Shown here: positions 28,677 through 38,438 of the stretch, piece after piece
Layout: each line of letters opens with the position of its first letter
How positions within the stretch are numbered: the stretch's first letter is position 1
From: an uncultured Pseudomonadales bacterium
GTDB lineage: Bacteria > Patescibacteriota > Microgenomatia > UBA1400
DNA length: 58,950 nucleotides
Reading direction: 5' to 3'
NCBI GenBank assembly: GCA_964589815.1
Contig: CAZPUR010000004.1
Span: 1 to 58,950, forward strand
The notes under the pieces: generated by a model
Told to the model about the DNA's origin: nothing
The model's input: the letters and a program-made list of their open reading frames with translations, nothing else
Databases searched by the model: none
Program-made: the position numbers and the translations under genes

Positions 28677-29534
28677 ATGAAAATATTAAAAAACAAAATT
28701 TTAGCTCCATATACGACTTTTAGCATTGGTGGGCCAGCTGATTATTTGGTTGAAGCAAAGACAAAAAAAGAAATTATCAAGGCGCTAATTTGGGCAAAAA
28801 AAAGAAAAATTCCCTGGTTTGTTTTAGGCAGTGGCAGTAATATATTGGTCAGCGATAAGGGACTTAGGGGGCTAGTGATAATGAATAAAAACTCCAAAAC
28901 TCCAAAACTCCAAAACTCCAAGATTATGGCTTCTTCAGGCGTGAGTTTGGCAAAATTAATAGACTTTGCTACTCAACATCATCTTGCTGGGTTGGAGTTT
29001 CTGGCGGGGGTTCCGGGGACAGTAGGAGGGGCGATTGTGGGCAATAGTGGACCCAAGAATGACTCTATGGCTCAAGCTGTAGAAAAGGTGATTGTTTTGG
29101 GAGAAGATGGCTTAATTTATGATTTAACCAAGGAAGAATGTCAGTTTAATTATCGTAGCAGTCGATTTAAAAAAACAAAAGAAATTATTTTAGAAGTAGT
29201 TTTTAAATTAAAACCTTCAAAACCAGAATTAATCAAGAAAAAAATTGAACGAGCTTTATCTTTAAGAAAAAGTCAGCCTCAGGGGAAAAGCGCGGGCAGT
29301 ATTTTTAAAAACCCGCCAGGAGAAAAGGCCGGCCATCTGATTGATAAAGCCGGGTTAAAAGGAAAGAAAATAGGCGGGGCGATGATTAGCAAAGAACATG
29401 CTAATTGGATTGTCAATTTAGGCCATGCCCAAGCTAAAGATGTGATAAAATTAATCGGTCTTTGCAAAAAGAAAGTTAAAGAGAAGTTTAACATTGAGTT
29501 GGAAGAAGAAATTAGGTTGATAGGGAATTTTTAA
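28677..29534 (+). CDS. murB: UDP-N-acetylenolpyruvoylglucosamine reductase
   Basis: TTFSIGG, GSGSN, GVPGTVGGA, YRSSRF, SAGSIFKNP, HANWIVN. Confidence 0.96.
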   Translation: MKILKNKILAPYTTFSIGGPADYLVEAKTKKEIIKALIWAKKRKIPWFVLGSGSNILVSDKGLRGLVIMNKNSKTPKLQNSKIMASSGVSLAKLIDFATQHHLAGLEFLAGVPGTVGGAIVGNSGPKNDSMAQAVEKVIVLGEDGLIYDLTKEECQFNYRSSRFKKTKEIILEVVFKLKPSKPELIKKKIERALSLRKSQPQGKSAGSIFKNPPGEKAGHLIDKAGLKGKKIGGAMISKEHANWIVNLGHAQAKDVIKLIGLCKKKVKEKFNIELEEEIRLIGNF

Positions 29535-29675
29535 AATTGACCTAATTAATTTAATTTCTAATTGACCTAAATAAGCACCAAGTACCAATTAAAATTTTAA
29601 ACTTTTTGAAAATTGGAATTTAGAATAATTGCGGTTTGTTTAGAATAATTAGGTTAATTAGAATAATTAGAAATT
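29535..29675. repeat. Intergenic periodic inverted-repeat element
   Basis: aattgacct units facing agaataatt units; aatttctaatt (29553) pairs with aattagaaatt (29665). Confidence 0.7.
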
Positions 29676-29682
29676 CAAAGAT

Positions 29683-30999
29683 ATGTCTAAATTCATTATC
29701 CAGGGCGGTCGACCTTTAAAAGGGGCGGTTAGGTTAGGCGGCGCCAAAAATGCCGGCTTCAAATTAATGATTGCCGCCGCCTTAGGCGAAACAGATTCGC
29801 GCATTTTGAATTTATCTTATATTAATGACGTAGAAATGACGGCTATGTCTTTAAAAAGACTGGGCGTTAAAGTCAAGCAGTGTGGCGAGAGAACTTTTTT
29901 TGTTGGTTCGGATGGAGTTAAAAGTAAAAAACTGCCTCAGTTTAGCGGGAAAAAAACTCGGGGCTCAACTTTATTTGCCGGCATGCTTTTGGCCAAAAAG
30001 GGCGAGGCGATTATTCCTCTACCAGGCGGTTGTGTTTTAGGAGCTCGACCTATCAATCGTCATCTTCAGGCTTTCGCCAGCTTGGGAGCAAAGATCAAAT
30101 ATCAAGATAAATTTATTTATATTAAAGCGAAAAAACTCAGAGGCGCTACTTTTAGATTTTCTAAAAAAACTCATACCGGAACCGAAGCCATGCTTTTGGC
30201 AGCGGTTAAAGCCCGGGGGACAACGGTGATTGAAAATGCCGGCCAAGAACCGGAAATAGATGATATGATTTTGTTTTTAAATAAAATGGGAGCTAAAGTT
30301 AAACGGATTCATCCAGAAAAAATCATTATCCAAGGAGTCAGACATTTGAAAGGAGCGATCCATAGGGTTATGCCTGATAGAAATGAGGCAGTTTCTTATG
30401 CCGTAGCTGCTTTGGCGACTAAAGGAGATGTTGTCTTGGAAAATGCTCGGCAAGAAGATCTGAAAGTTTTTTTGGAAAAATTAGATGGAGCCGGAGCCAA
30501 ATTTAAAATTTCCGAGTTTGGGATCAGATTTTGGTATCAAAAACAACTTAAGGCCACTAGTTTAGAAACCGCGCCGGCCCCTGGCTTTATGACAGATTGG
30601 CAGCCTCTTTGGACGGTTTTAATGACTCAAGCAAAAGGAACAAGTTATATTGTCGAAAGAGTTCACAATAATCGTTTTCAGTTTGCCCAGCAATTAAATC
30701 AAATGGGAGCTAAAATTACCTTTTATAATCCTCAGGTGAAAAACCTGCAAGAATATTATGAATTTGACGAACCAGAAAAAGATCCTAATTTTCATGCGGC
30801 CAAAGTAACTGGTCCTAGCTTGTTAAAGGGAAAAAACCTTCAAATAACTGATCTTCGGGCCGGTGCCACTTTAGCCATTGCTGCCTTGGTGGCCAGAGGC
30901 AAGTCGACTTTGACCAATATCGAACATATTGATCGTGGTTATGAACAATTAGATGAAAAACTGAAACAATTAGGAGCCAAGATTAAAAGAACCAGCTAG
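29683..30999 (+). CDS. murA: UDP-N-acetylglucosamine 1-carboxyvinyltransferase
   Basis: GAKNA, PGGCVLGARP, EPEIDD, PDRNEA, DLRAGA, IDRGYE. Confidence 0.96.
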   Translation: MSKFIIQGGRPLKGAVRLGGAKNAGFKLMIAAALGETDSRILNLSYINDVEMTAMSLKRLGVKVKQCGERTFFVGSDGVKSKKLPQFSGKKTRGSTLFAGMLLAKKGEAIIPLPGGCVLGARPINRHLQAFASLGAKIKYQDKFIYIKAKKLRGATFRFSKKTHTGTEAMLLAAVKARGTTVIENAGQEPEIDDMILFLNKMGAKVKRIHPEKIIIQGVRHLKGAIHRVMPDRNEAVSYAVAALATKGDVVLENARQEDLKVFLEKLDGAGAKFKISEFGIRFWYQKQLKATSLETAPAPGFMTDWQPLWTVLMTQAKGTSYIVERVHNNRFQFAQQLNQMGAKITFYNPQVKNLQEYYEFDEPEKDPNFHAAKVTGPSLLKGKNLQITDLRAGATLAIAALVARGKSTLTNIEHIDRGYEQLDEKLKQLGAKIKRTS

Positions 31000-31733
31000 A
31001 GCATTCGCCAGAGATGGTTAAAAATGAGCTTCATAGTTTGACTGATGCTTTCTTCCCGAATAACTACCGCATAAGGCAACTCATCTTTAGTTAAAGAGAT
31101 TAGGGATAATTTATTAGCATAAATGATAATATAGCTGGAACCAGTATCATTACGAGAACTTAACCATTTTCTTTGGGCCAAAGCCGCTTCTTCGCCACCT
31201 TTACCCAGAGCAATAACTTTAACCCTGATTTTGTGTTTAATTCTTTGTTTAGTGTAGGCTGGGAAAAAGCGGTAAAGGTATTTTCTTAAAAGCCTGGCAG
31301 AAAAAACAAAATATTCTTTAGGCTTAGTTTTTTTCATAATGGCCAATACATCTTTAAGCACTTTTTCAATTCCTTCATCGCCTTCATAATACTGAACCAC
31401 AGGTTTTTCCGGGATAAAGCTTTGATCTTTTAATTGAGGAATTAACTCGTTTTTTAAAAATTTTTCAGTTTGGTTTAAAAATTGGTGTTTTTGCTGGAGG
31501 AGAGAATTAAGTTTCTCTGCTGGCTCAGCTAAGTAATGTTTTCTTTTTCCCTTGAGCTGAAAACTAACCAAACCTTTATTTTTCAACTGCCTAAGGATTT
31601 CGTGAGTCGTACCCCGATTAATCTGAGTTTTTTCTGCCACTTCCCTGATAGAAGTAGCCCCTAATTGAAGCAGCGTTTTATAAACCAAATATTCTTTTTT
31701 ATTTAAGCCTAAAGCCTGCCAAAAGTTTTTCAT
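30996..31733 (-). CDS. TrmB-family transcriptional regulator
   Basis: N-terminal wHTH (LGLNKKEYLVYKTLL..INRGTTHEIL), YYEGDEG, C-terminal IYANKLSLI. Confidence 0.82.
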   Translation of the reverse strand: MKNFWQALGLNKKEYLVYKTLLQLGATSIREVAEKTQINRGTTHEILRQLKNKGLVSFQLKGKRKHYLAEPAEKLNSLLQQKHQFLNQTEKFLKNELIPQLKDQSFIPEKPVVQYYEGDEGIEKVLKDVLAIMKKTKPKEYFVFSARLLRKYLYRFFPAYTKQRIKHKIRVKVIALGKGGEEAALAQRKWLSSRNDTGSSYIIIYANKLSLISLTKDELPYAVVIREESISQTMKLIFNHLWRML

Positions 31734-31872
31734 AAATAATGATTTTAGATGAGTTAATTATAGGGTAGTATTTAATAATTGTCAAAAAATTGTTGACAAA
31801 AGATATTGACATAAGAAAAATATATCCATAAAATTATTGACATTTGTTGAAATTTGAAGAGGCGATATAAAA

Positions 31873-33642
31873 ATGTGCGGTATTGTTGCCTACATCGGTC
31901 CAAAAAAAACAGCAGCCCAGATTGTTTTTCAAGGTTTGAAAAAACTGGAATATCGTGGTTATGATTCTTGGGGGGTGGCAGTTAAACCTTTTAAGGCCAA
32001 TCAACTTAGGATTGAAAAACGTATCGGCAAGATTGGTCAAGCGAAACTAAGACTGCCTCAAGGGAACCTGGCGATTGGTCATACCCGCTGGGCCACCCAC
32101 GGTGGGGTTACTAATACCAACGCTCATCCTCATCTTGATTGTCAGAAAAAATTGGCCGTGATTCATAACGGAATTGTGGAGAATTACCAAGCTTTAAGGC
32201 AGGGTTTGAAAAATAGAGGCCACCTTTTTACTTCCGAAACAGACACCGAAGTAGTCGCTCATTTGATTGAAGAAAAATTAAAGAAAGAGTCTGTTGAAAA
32301 AGCGGTTTTCTCCTCTTTTAAAAACTTAGTTGGTTCTAATGCCATTGCCATTCTGGATTTAACCTCAGAGAAGATTATTGCCTGTCGTGACGGTTCACCC
32401 TTGGTCGTCGGCGTAGGCAAAGATGAATATTTTTTAGCCTCAGATGTAACTCCCTTTTTACCCTACACGAAAAAGGCCTTGTTTTTAAATGACGGTGAGG
32501 CGGTAGTTTTAAGTAAGAAAGGGGTTAAGCTTTATGATTTTAAGACTGGCAGAGAGAAAAAATATAGACTTAAAATTATTGATTGGCAAATAGAAGATGC
32601 CCAAAAAGCAGGTTACCCCCATTTTCTCATCAAGGAAATTATGGAACAGAAAAAAACCATTCCTCAAACGGCTTTTTTAAACGAAGCAGTGATTAAGGAC
32701 TTAGCTTTAGAAATTAAAAAGAAAAGGAAAGTTTTCTTAACTGCCTGCGGCACGGCCGCTTATTGTGCCTTAGCGGCGGAATATTTTTTTGCCAAAGAAG
32801 GCATTAATGTTGCCAGCTATGGTGCTTACGAGTTTTTACCTTTTGTGGATTTTTGTGACCAAAATAGTTTTTTAATTGCCATTTCTCAGAGTGGAGAGAC
32901 AGCAGACACTTTAATTGCCGCTAAAAAAGCTAAAGCAAAAGGGGCTAAAATTGTGGTGCTAGTCAATGCGGTCGGTTCGACTTTAGAGAGAATGGCAGAT
33001 TATGTTTTGTCTGTTGGCGCCGGTCCAGAGATTGCCGTTGTTTCTACCAAAGCTTTTACTTCTCAGCTGACCACTTTATATCTTTTATCTCGGGCAATCA
33101 CGGGTAAATATTTGTCAGCCAAAAAGCAAATTGCCAACCTTAAATCAAGATTAACCAGATGGCTAAATAAAAATTTACAGCAAAAAATTATAAATCTGGC
33201 TAAAAAACTTAAAGACCATCAGGATATTTATTTGATTGGTAAACATTTAAATTATCCTGGCGTTTTGGAAATAGCCTTAAAAATTAAAGAGACTTCTTAC
33301 CTTCATTCAGAAGCTTTTGCTTCAGGCGAGCTTAAACATGGGGTGATTAGTTTAATTCAAAAAGGGACACCCTGTATTGTTTTGGCCAACTTAGAAGGAG
33401 AAACCAGAAGAGAAGTGCTTTCTTCAGCCACAGAACTTAAGTCTAGGGGCGCAAAAATTATTGGTATTTCTCCCTTAAACGCGCCAGAATTTGATGAATA
33501 TATCAAAACTCCTGACCTAGGTGACCTAACTATTTTAGGCAATGTAATCGTCGGTCAACTATTGGGTTATTATTTAGCCATTGGTTGTGGTTGTGACCCA
33601 GATAAACCAAGAAATCTGGCTAAAAGTGTCACGGTAAAATGA
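31873..33642 (+). CDS. glmS: Glutamine--fructose-6-phosphate aminotransferase
   Basis: MCGI, EYRGYDS, GHTRWATHG, SQSGETADT, KETSY, PRNLAKSVTV. Confidence 0.97.
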   Translation: MCGIVAYIGPKKTAAQIVFQGLKKLEYRGYDSWGVAVKPFKANQLRIEKRIGKIGQAKLRLPQGNLAIGHTRWATHGGVTNTNAHPHLDCQKKLAVIHNGIVENYQALRQGLKNRGHLFTSETDTEVVAHLIEEKLKKESVEKAVFSSFKNLVGSNAIAILDLTSEKIIACRDGSPLVVGVGKDEYFLASDVTPFLPYTKKALFLNDGEAVVLSKKGVKLYDFKTGREKKYRLKIIDWQIEDAQKAGYPHFLIKEIMEQKKTIPQTAFLNEAVIKDLALEIKKKRKVFLTACGTAAYCALAAEYFFAKEGINVASYGAYEFLPFVDFCDQNSFLIAISQSGETADTLIAAKKAKAKGAKIVVLVNAVGSTLERMADYVLSVGAGPEIAVVSTKAFTSQLTTLYLLSRAITGKYLSAKKQIANLKSRLTRWLNKNLQQKIINLAKKLKDHQDIYLIGKHLNYPGVLEIALKIKETSYLHSEAFASGELKHGVISLIQKGTPCIVLANLEGETRREVLSSATELKSRGAKIIGISPLNAPEFDEYIKTPDLGDLTILGNVIVGQLLGYYLAIGCGCDPDKPRNLAKSVTVK

Positions 33643-33670
33643 TTCCGCTTAGCGGGATAAAATTAATTTT

Positions 33671-34657
33671 ATGAGAAAGAAAAAAGATAAGATTGTGGTC
33701 ATTGGCGGTGGCACCGGCAGTTTTGTAGTTCTTTCCGGTTTAAGAAATTATCCGGTTGATTTAACGGCCATTGTCACCGTGGCCGATAGCGGCGGTTCCA
33801 CCGGTAGACTGCGGACAGAATTTGGCTTTTTGCCGGTAGGAGATATGCGTCAGTGTTTGGCCGCTTTAGCCTCAGAGAGCGGTGAGAATTATATCCAAAA
33901 ATTACTTTTATACCGGTTTGCCAAATGTAAAGGACTTAAGGGTCATAACCTGGGTAATCTTATTCTTACCGCTTTAACAGACTTGAGCGGTTCTGAAGCT
34001 AAAGCCCTAGAAATAGCTGCTCGAATTTTTCGTTTACACGGCACAATTTTACCCATTACCAAAACCAATATTGATTTAGTCGCTACTTATGAAGATGGTA
34101 AGACAGTGATAGGTGAGCATGAGATTGATGAGCCTAAACATCAAGGAGGGAAAAGGATTGTTAAACTCACCACTAAACCACGAGCCAAGATTTATCCACC
34201 AGCTCAAAAAGCAATTGAGCAAGCAGGCCTAGTCGTTTTAGGACCAGGTGATCTTTATACCAGTATTTTGCCAAACTTGGTCATTGAAGGGATTAAGAAG
34301 GCTTTTAACCGCTCAAAAGCAAAAATAGTCTATGTAGTTAATTTAATGACTCGCTATAGCCAAACTCATAATTTTACCGCTCAAGACCATCTTAATGAAA
34401 TAGAGAGGTATTTAGATCAAAAAGTAGACTTTGTTTTAATCAATAATCACAGGATACCCAATAATATTCTAAAACTTTATCAAAAAGAAAAAGGGATTCC
34501 GGTCAAAGATGACTTAGTTACCCAAGCTCATTGCAAAGTGATCAGAAAAGATTTGCTAGCCCCAACAGTAATCATCAAACCCAAGGGAGATTTATTAAAG
34601 CGAAGCTATCTACGTCATAACTCGGCTAAATTAGCTCAAGCTCTAATTCAGCTTTAA
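33671..34657 (+). CDS. yvcK: YvcK/GlmR (CofD-like) family protein
   Basis: GGGTG, VADSGGSTGRLR, GDMRQC, GHNLGNL, GPGDLYTSI. Confidence 0.9.
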   Translation: MRKKKDKIVVIGGGTGSFVVLSGLRNYPVDLTAIVTVADSGGSTGRLRTEFGFLPVGDMRQCLAALASESGENYIQKLLLYRFAKCKGLKGHNLGNLILTALTDLSGSEAKALEIAARIFRLHGTILPITKTNIDLVATYEDGKTVIGEHEIDEPKHQGGKRIVKLTTKPRAKIYPPAQKAIEQAGLVVLGPGDLYTSILPNLVIEGIKKAFNRSKAKIVYVVNLMTRYSQTHNFTAQDHLNEIERYLDQKVDFVLINNHRIPNNILKLYQKEKGIPVKDDLVTQAHCKVIRKDLLAPTVIIKPKGDLLKRSYLRHNSAKLAQALIQL

Positions 34658-34707
34658 GCCTAGTATAATTTCGCTACTATAGGACTAGAAGTACAATTAT
34701 AAGAAGA

Positions 34708-34735
34708 TTGACTTCTGTCTATTTTAGGATATAAT
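34708..34735 (+). promoter_or_regulatory. Sigma70-type promoter
   Basis: ttgact-N16-tataat upstream of ORF 34774. Confidence 0.65.
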
Positions 34736-34773
34736 GCTTGTTTGCTATAGGCATTATATTTTTTTAAACAAAT

Positions 34774-35043
34774 ATGGCTGCAGAAGCGTCAGATCAACAA
34801 TTACGAAGAGCAATAGAATCTCTTTCTTCTGAGGAAGCTCGTGTAGTAATGGGAGTTTTGAAGGAAACCACGCGATTTCTCCAGGGGGGGCCTGAACCAA
34901 ATTATGATCTAGTTCCGGGCCTGGACAGTCTCACTCCAGAGGGTGAAACGAGGGTGGCTAAGGTCATTAACGGAGTCAGCGAAGGTATTCAGGTTAGCAT
35001 GGCTTTACATCAAATCAACCTTCCCAAAACTTGGCAAGCCTAA
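34774..35043 (+). CDS. Hypothetical protein
   Basis: 89-aa ORF with its own promoter; no family recognised. Confidence 0.55.
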   Translation: MAAEASDQQLRRAIESLSSEEARVVMGVLKETTRFLQGGPEPNYDLVPGLDSLTPEGETRVAKVINGVSEGIQVSMALHQINLPKTWQA

Positions 35044-35114
35044 TTTCACAAGCTCTGTTTAAAACTTAATTTAACTCTTGTCAAATTTTTTTAACTTGCC
35101 TAAAATGAAAATAT

Positions 35115-35828
35115 ATGGATATGCCGATTATTATTCTTCATGGTTGGGACAGCAAGATTAAGAGATGGAGGAATTTCCAAGAGCAAATGGAGAAAAAAGG
35201 TTTTTTGACTTTTCTGCCTTCTTTACCAGGTTTTGGTAAAAGCCAATTAAAAGAAGTCTGGAGTCTTGATGATTATGTCAGCTGGCTGGAAAAGTATATC
35301 GCTATTAATCAATTCAAAAAATTTTATCTTTTGGGACATTCTTTCGGCGGTCAGGTGGCGATTAAATTCAGCTCTTTACGGCCCAAAGGCTTAGAAAAGC
35401 TGATTTTAGTTAACAGCGCCGGCATGAGGAAAAAATTAAGCTTAAAAAAATTGCTTTTTTGGGTTTTGGCTAAAACAGGAAAAATATTTTTTTATATTCC
35501 TCCTTTTTTGTTTTTTAGAAAACCGGCCCAATGGTTGCTTTATAAATTAGTGAGAGAAAGAGATTATTATCAGGCCTCGCAAATAATGAAAAAGACTTTA
35601 AAGAAAGTTTTGCAGCAAGATGTCAGTAAGAGTTTAAAAAAGATAAAAGCGCCGACTTTAATTGTTTGGGGGGAAAATGATAAAAAGACGCCTTTAAGCG
35701 ACGGTTTATTAATCAACAGCAAAATAAGAAAATCTAAATTAGTAGTTATTAAAGGAACCGGTCATGGTCTGCCTTTTGAAAAAACCGATTTACTAGTAGC
35801 CCAAATAGAAAGTTTTATTTTCGAATGA
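35115..35828 (+). CDS. Alpha/beta hydrolase
   Basis: LHGW, GHSFGG nucleophile elbow, WGENDKKTP, GH. Confidence 0.9.
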   Translation: MDMPIIILHGWDSKIKRWRNFQEQMEKKGFLTFLPSLPGFGKSQLKEVWSLDDYVSWLEKYIAINQFKKFYLLGHSFGGQVAIKFSSLRPKGLEKLILVNSAGMRKKLSLKKLLFWVLAKTGKIFFYIPPFLFFRKPAQWLLYKLVRERDYYQASQIMKKTLKKVLQQDVSKSLKKIKAPTLIVWGENDKKTPLSDGLLINSKIRKSKLVVIKGTGHGLPFEKTDLLVAQIESFIFE

Positions 35829-37270
35829 AATATTTAAATTTACTTTTACCACTGTTTTTTTTCTTTTTTATCTACTTGGGTATCCAGATTGTAAAAATTA
35901 ATTTATTTTTTATTTATCTGGTTCAGTTGAAAGAGTATCGTTGGGATAGGATTAAGGCCCATTTGAAAACTTTAACTGGGAGAAGACAGTTAATTGGTTA
36001 CTTTAATTTATTAAAGTGGCGGAAGTTTTATTCTCCTAAATTTACCTTAAGGGTAATTTTAATTTTAATTTTTACTTTTATAGCTCAATACAATTTTTTC
36101 TTTTTCGGCCTACGCTTCCTTTTCCGTTCTCTTGAAGATATTTCTAGCCTCATTCCTTTGTTGGTCTTATTAGTTTTGTTTTTGATAAACTTGATTACCC
36201 CTTTAGTTGTTTTTTTTGCCGCCGCCATTTCTGTTTTACTTACTGCTCCCATAAAAAAATTAACCATCTCTTTAGCCAAAGTCAAGATGAAGAGACGCCC
36301 TCATTTATTGGTTATTGGTATTACCGGCAGTTATGGTAAAACCGCGGTTAAAGAAATTCTTAGTTTTATTTTGAGTAATTTTTATCAAGTTTTGAAAACG
36401 CCATTGAATTGCAATACTCAGCTGGGAGTGGCTAAGTGGATTCTAAAGAAGCTGAAAAGAAAAGATGAAATTTTCATTGTAGAGATGGGAGCTTATAAAA
36501 AAGGAGAGATAAAGAAGATGGCCAAGATGGTTAAACCAAAAATTGGGATCATTACCGCGGTTAACGAACAACATTTAGCTCTTTTTGGTTCCATTACCAA
36601 AACTCAGTGGGCCAAATATGAATTAATTAAATCTTTACCCGAAGACGGTTTGGCCATCTTCAACGCTAACAATAAATACACCAAATATTTATATCAGGTT
36701 TGCAAAAAGCCTAAAAAATTATATGGTCAAAGAGGCAGCCGATTGCAAACTAAAATATTGGGTGATTGGCACAGAGATAATATCCAGGCAGCTTTGGCAG
36801 TTTGTGATTATTTGAAAATTCCCCGAAAAAAAGTTTACCGTCAAGTTAAAAAATTAAAAGAGTTTCCCCTGGGAATCCAAATTAAGAAAGGGAAAAGAGG
36901 AGCAAAAATTATCGATGATGCTTACAGCGCTAATCCGACTGGTTTTTTGGCGGCCTTAGAACTGCTCAGAAAGACTCCGGGGAAACAAAAAATTCTAGTG
37001 GCTCAAGGCATTATTGAGCTTGGCAACATGAGTCAAAAGATTCACCGGCAGATTGGTCAGAAAGCGGGAGAATTCTGTGACAAAGTTTTTCTGATTCAGC
37101 CTGATTTTTACCAAGCCATCATTGAGGGGGCCAATCGGGAAAAAACCTTTGTTGATGTCGAGGAAGATGGGGCTTTGTTATTGGCTAAAATTAAAGGCTT
37201 ATTAAATAAAAATACCGTGGTTCTTCTTGAGGGCGTACCTCCTTATTTAGGGAAAAAATTGACTGCCTGA
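35825..37270 (+). CDS. murF: MurF with N-terminal TM extension
   Basis: GITGSYGKTAVK, VEMGAY, QHLALFG, IDDAYSANP, ELG. Confidence 0.88.
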   Translation: MKYLNLLLPLFFFFFIYLGIQIVKINLFFIYLVQLKEYRWDRIKAHLKTLTGRRQLIGYFNLLKWRKFYSPKFTLRVILILIFTFIAQYNFFFFGLRFLFRSLEDISSLIPLLVLLVLFLINLITPLVVFFAAAISVLLTAPIKKLTISLAKVKMKRRPHLLVIGITGSYGKTAVKEILSFILSNFYQVLKTPLNCNTQLGVAKWILKKLKRKDEIFIVEMGAYKKGEIKKMAKMVKPKIGIITAVNEQHLALFGSITKTQWAKYELIKSLPEDGLAIFNANNKYTKYLYQVCKKPKKLYGQRGSRLQTKILGDWHRDNIQAALAVCDYLKIPRKKVYRQVKKLKEFPLGIQIKKGKRGAKIIDDAYSANPTGFLAALELLRKTPGKQKILVAQGIIELGNMSQKIHRQIGQKAGEFCDKVFLIQPDFYQAIIEGANREKTFVDVEEDGALLLAKIKGLLNKNTVVLLEGVPPYLGKKLTA

Positions 37271-37272
37271 TT

Positions 37273-37400
37273 ATACCGCACCAAAGAAAACTCCGTCAGA
37301 ATGATGAATTTAATCTAAAAGTATGATAAAGTTTTCTTGGTACGGTATGAAAACTATTACTTTTGAAAAACTGCAGATTAGAAATCTGCAGAGTTTTCAT
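37273..37400. repeat. Two-hairpin element, copy B
   Basis: ataccgcaccaaagaaaact/agttttcttggtacggtat stem, then atgaaaact..agttttcat as in copy A. Confidence 0.75.
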
Positions 37401-37412
37401 AATTAGAAAGAA

Positions 37413-38429
37413 ATGATCAGAACAGATTTTATAAAAGATAAAGAACTCTGGGAAAGATTTGTCTTAAATTTTCCTTCTGCCTCTTTTTTACAATCCTGGA
37501 ATTGGGGAGAAGTACATTCTGCCTTAGGAAAGAAAATTTTCCGCCTGGGATTTTTTGAAAAACAAAAGTTAACCGGCGCCTGCCTTCTGGTGAAACAGGA
37601 AGCCAAACGAGGTTTTTACTTAGAGTGTCCAGGCGGGCCCTTAATCGACTGGACTAAACCCATTTATCAAGAGGAATTTTTAAATCAAATTAAAAAAATT
37701 GGTCAAGAGGAGAATTGTGTTTTTGTTCGAGTAAGGCCGCAAATTTTAGAGACTTTAGCCAATAGGCTTTTATTTAAAAAACTGGGTTTTCTTCCTGCGC
37801 CCATGCATCTTCACGCTGAATTGACGCTTCAGCTTGATCTTCAGAAAAATGAAGAACAACTTTTGAGAGGGATGCGGAAAAATACCCGTTATTTAGTTAA
37901 AAAAGCCATTAAAGGAAATATAATAGTTGAACAAAGTACTAATTTAGAAGACATTGAAATGCTATACAAACTTCAACTAGAGACGGTTAAAAGAAGACAC
38001 TTTACTCCTTTTGCCAAAAAATTTTTTTTGGGAGAATTTAAAACTTTTTTAAAAGACGACCAGATTCGACTTTTTAAAGTTATTTATAAAAATAAAGTTC
38101 TAGCCGCGGCTCTAATTATTTTCTATGGTGGCGAGGCTATCTATCATTATTCTGGTTCCTCCTTGCGTTTTAGGAAAATTCCTGCTTCTTATGCTCTGCA
38201 ATGGGCGGCGATCAAAGAAGCAAAAAGGCGTGGTTGCCAAAGGTATAATTTTTGGGGAGTGGCTCCGCTTGATAAGCCTAAGCATCGTTTTGCCGGTGTC
38301 AGCTTGTTTAAAAGGGGCTTTGGCGGAGAAGAAGTCAGCTATTTACATGCCCATGATTTACCTTTAAACTTAAAATACTGGGTGGTTTATGTTTTTGAAA
38401 CTTTAAGAAAAATCTGCCGCGGTCTTTGA
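37413..38429 (+). CDS. FemABX-family lipid II aminoacyltransferase
   Basis: FLQSWNWG, GGP, MRKNTRY, YHYSGS, YNFWG, FKRGFGG. Confidence 0.88.
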   Translation: MIRTDFIKDKELWERFVLNFPSASFLQSWNWGEVHSALGKKIFRLGFFEKQKLTGACLLVKQEAKRGFYLECPGGPLIDWTKPIYQEEFLNQIKKIGQEENCVFVRVRPQILETLANRLLFKKLGFLPAPMHLHAELTLQLDLQKNEEQLLRGMRKNTRYLVKKAIKGNIIVEQSTNLEDIEMLYKLQLETVKRRHFTPFAKKFFLGEFKTFLKDDQIRLFKVIYKNKVLAAALIIFYGGEAIYHYSGSSLRFRKIPASYALQWAAIKEAKRRGCQRYNFWGVAPLDKPKHRFAGVSLFKRGFGGEEVSYLHAHDLPLNLKYWVVYVFETLRKICRGL

Positions 38430-38438
38430 AAAAGGAGA

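Noticed and set aside
31734-31872. glmS ribozyme
   Set aside because: The leader is short and very AT-rich, with no recognisable paired core
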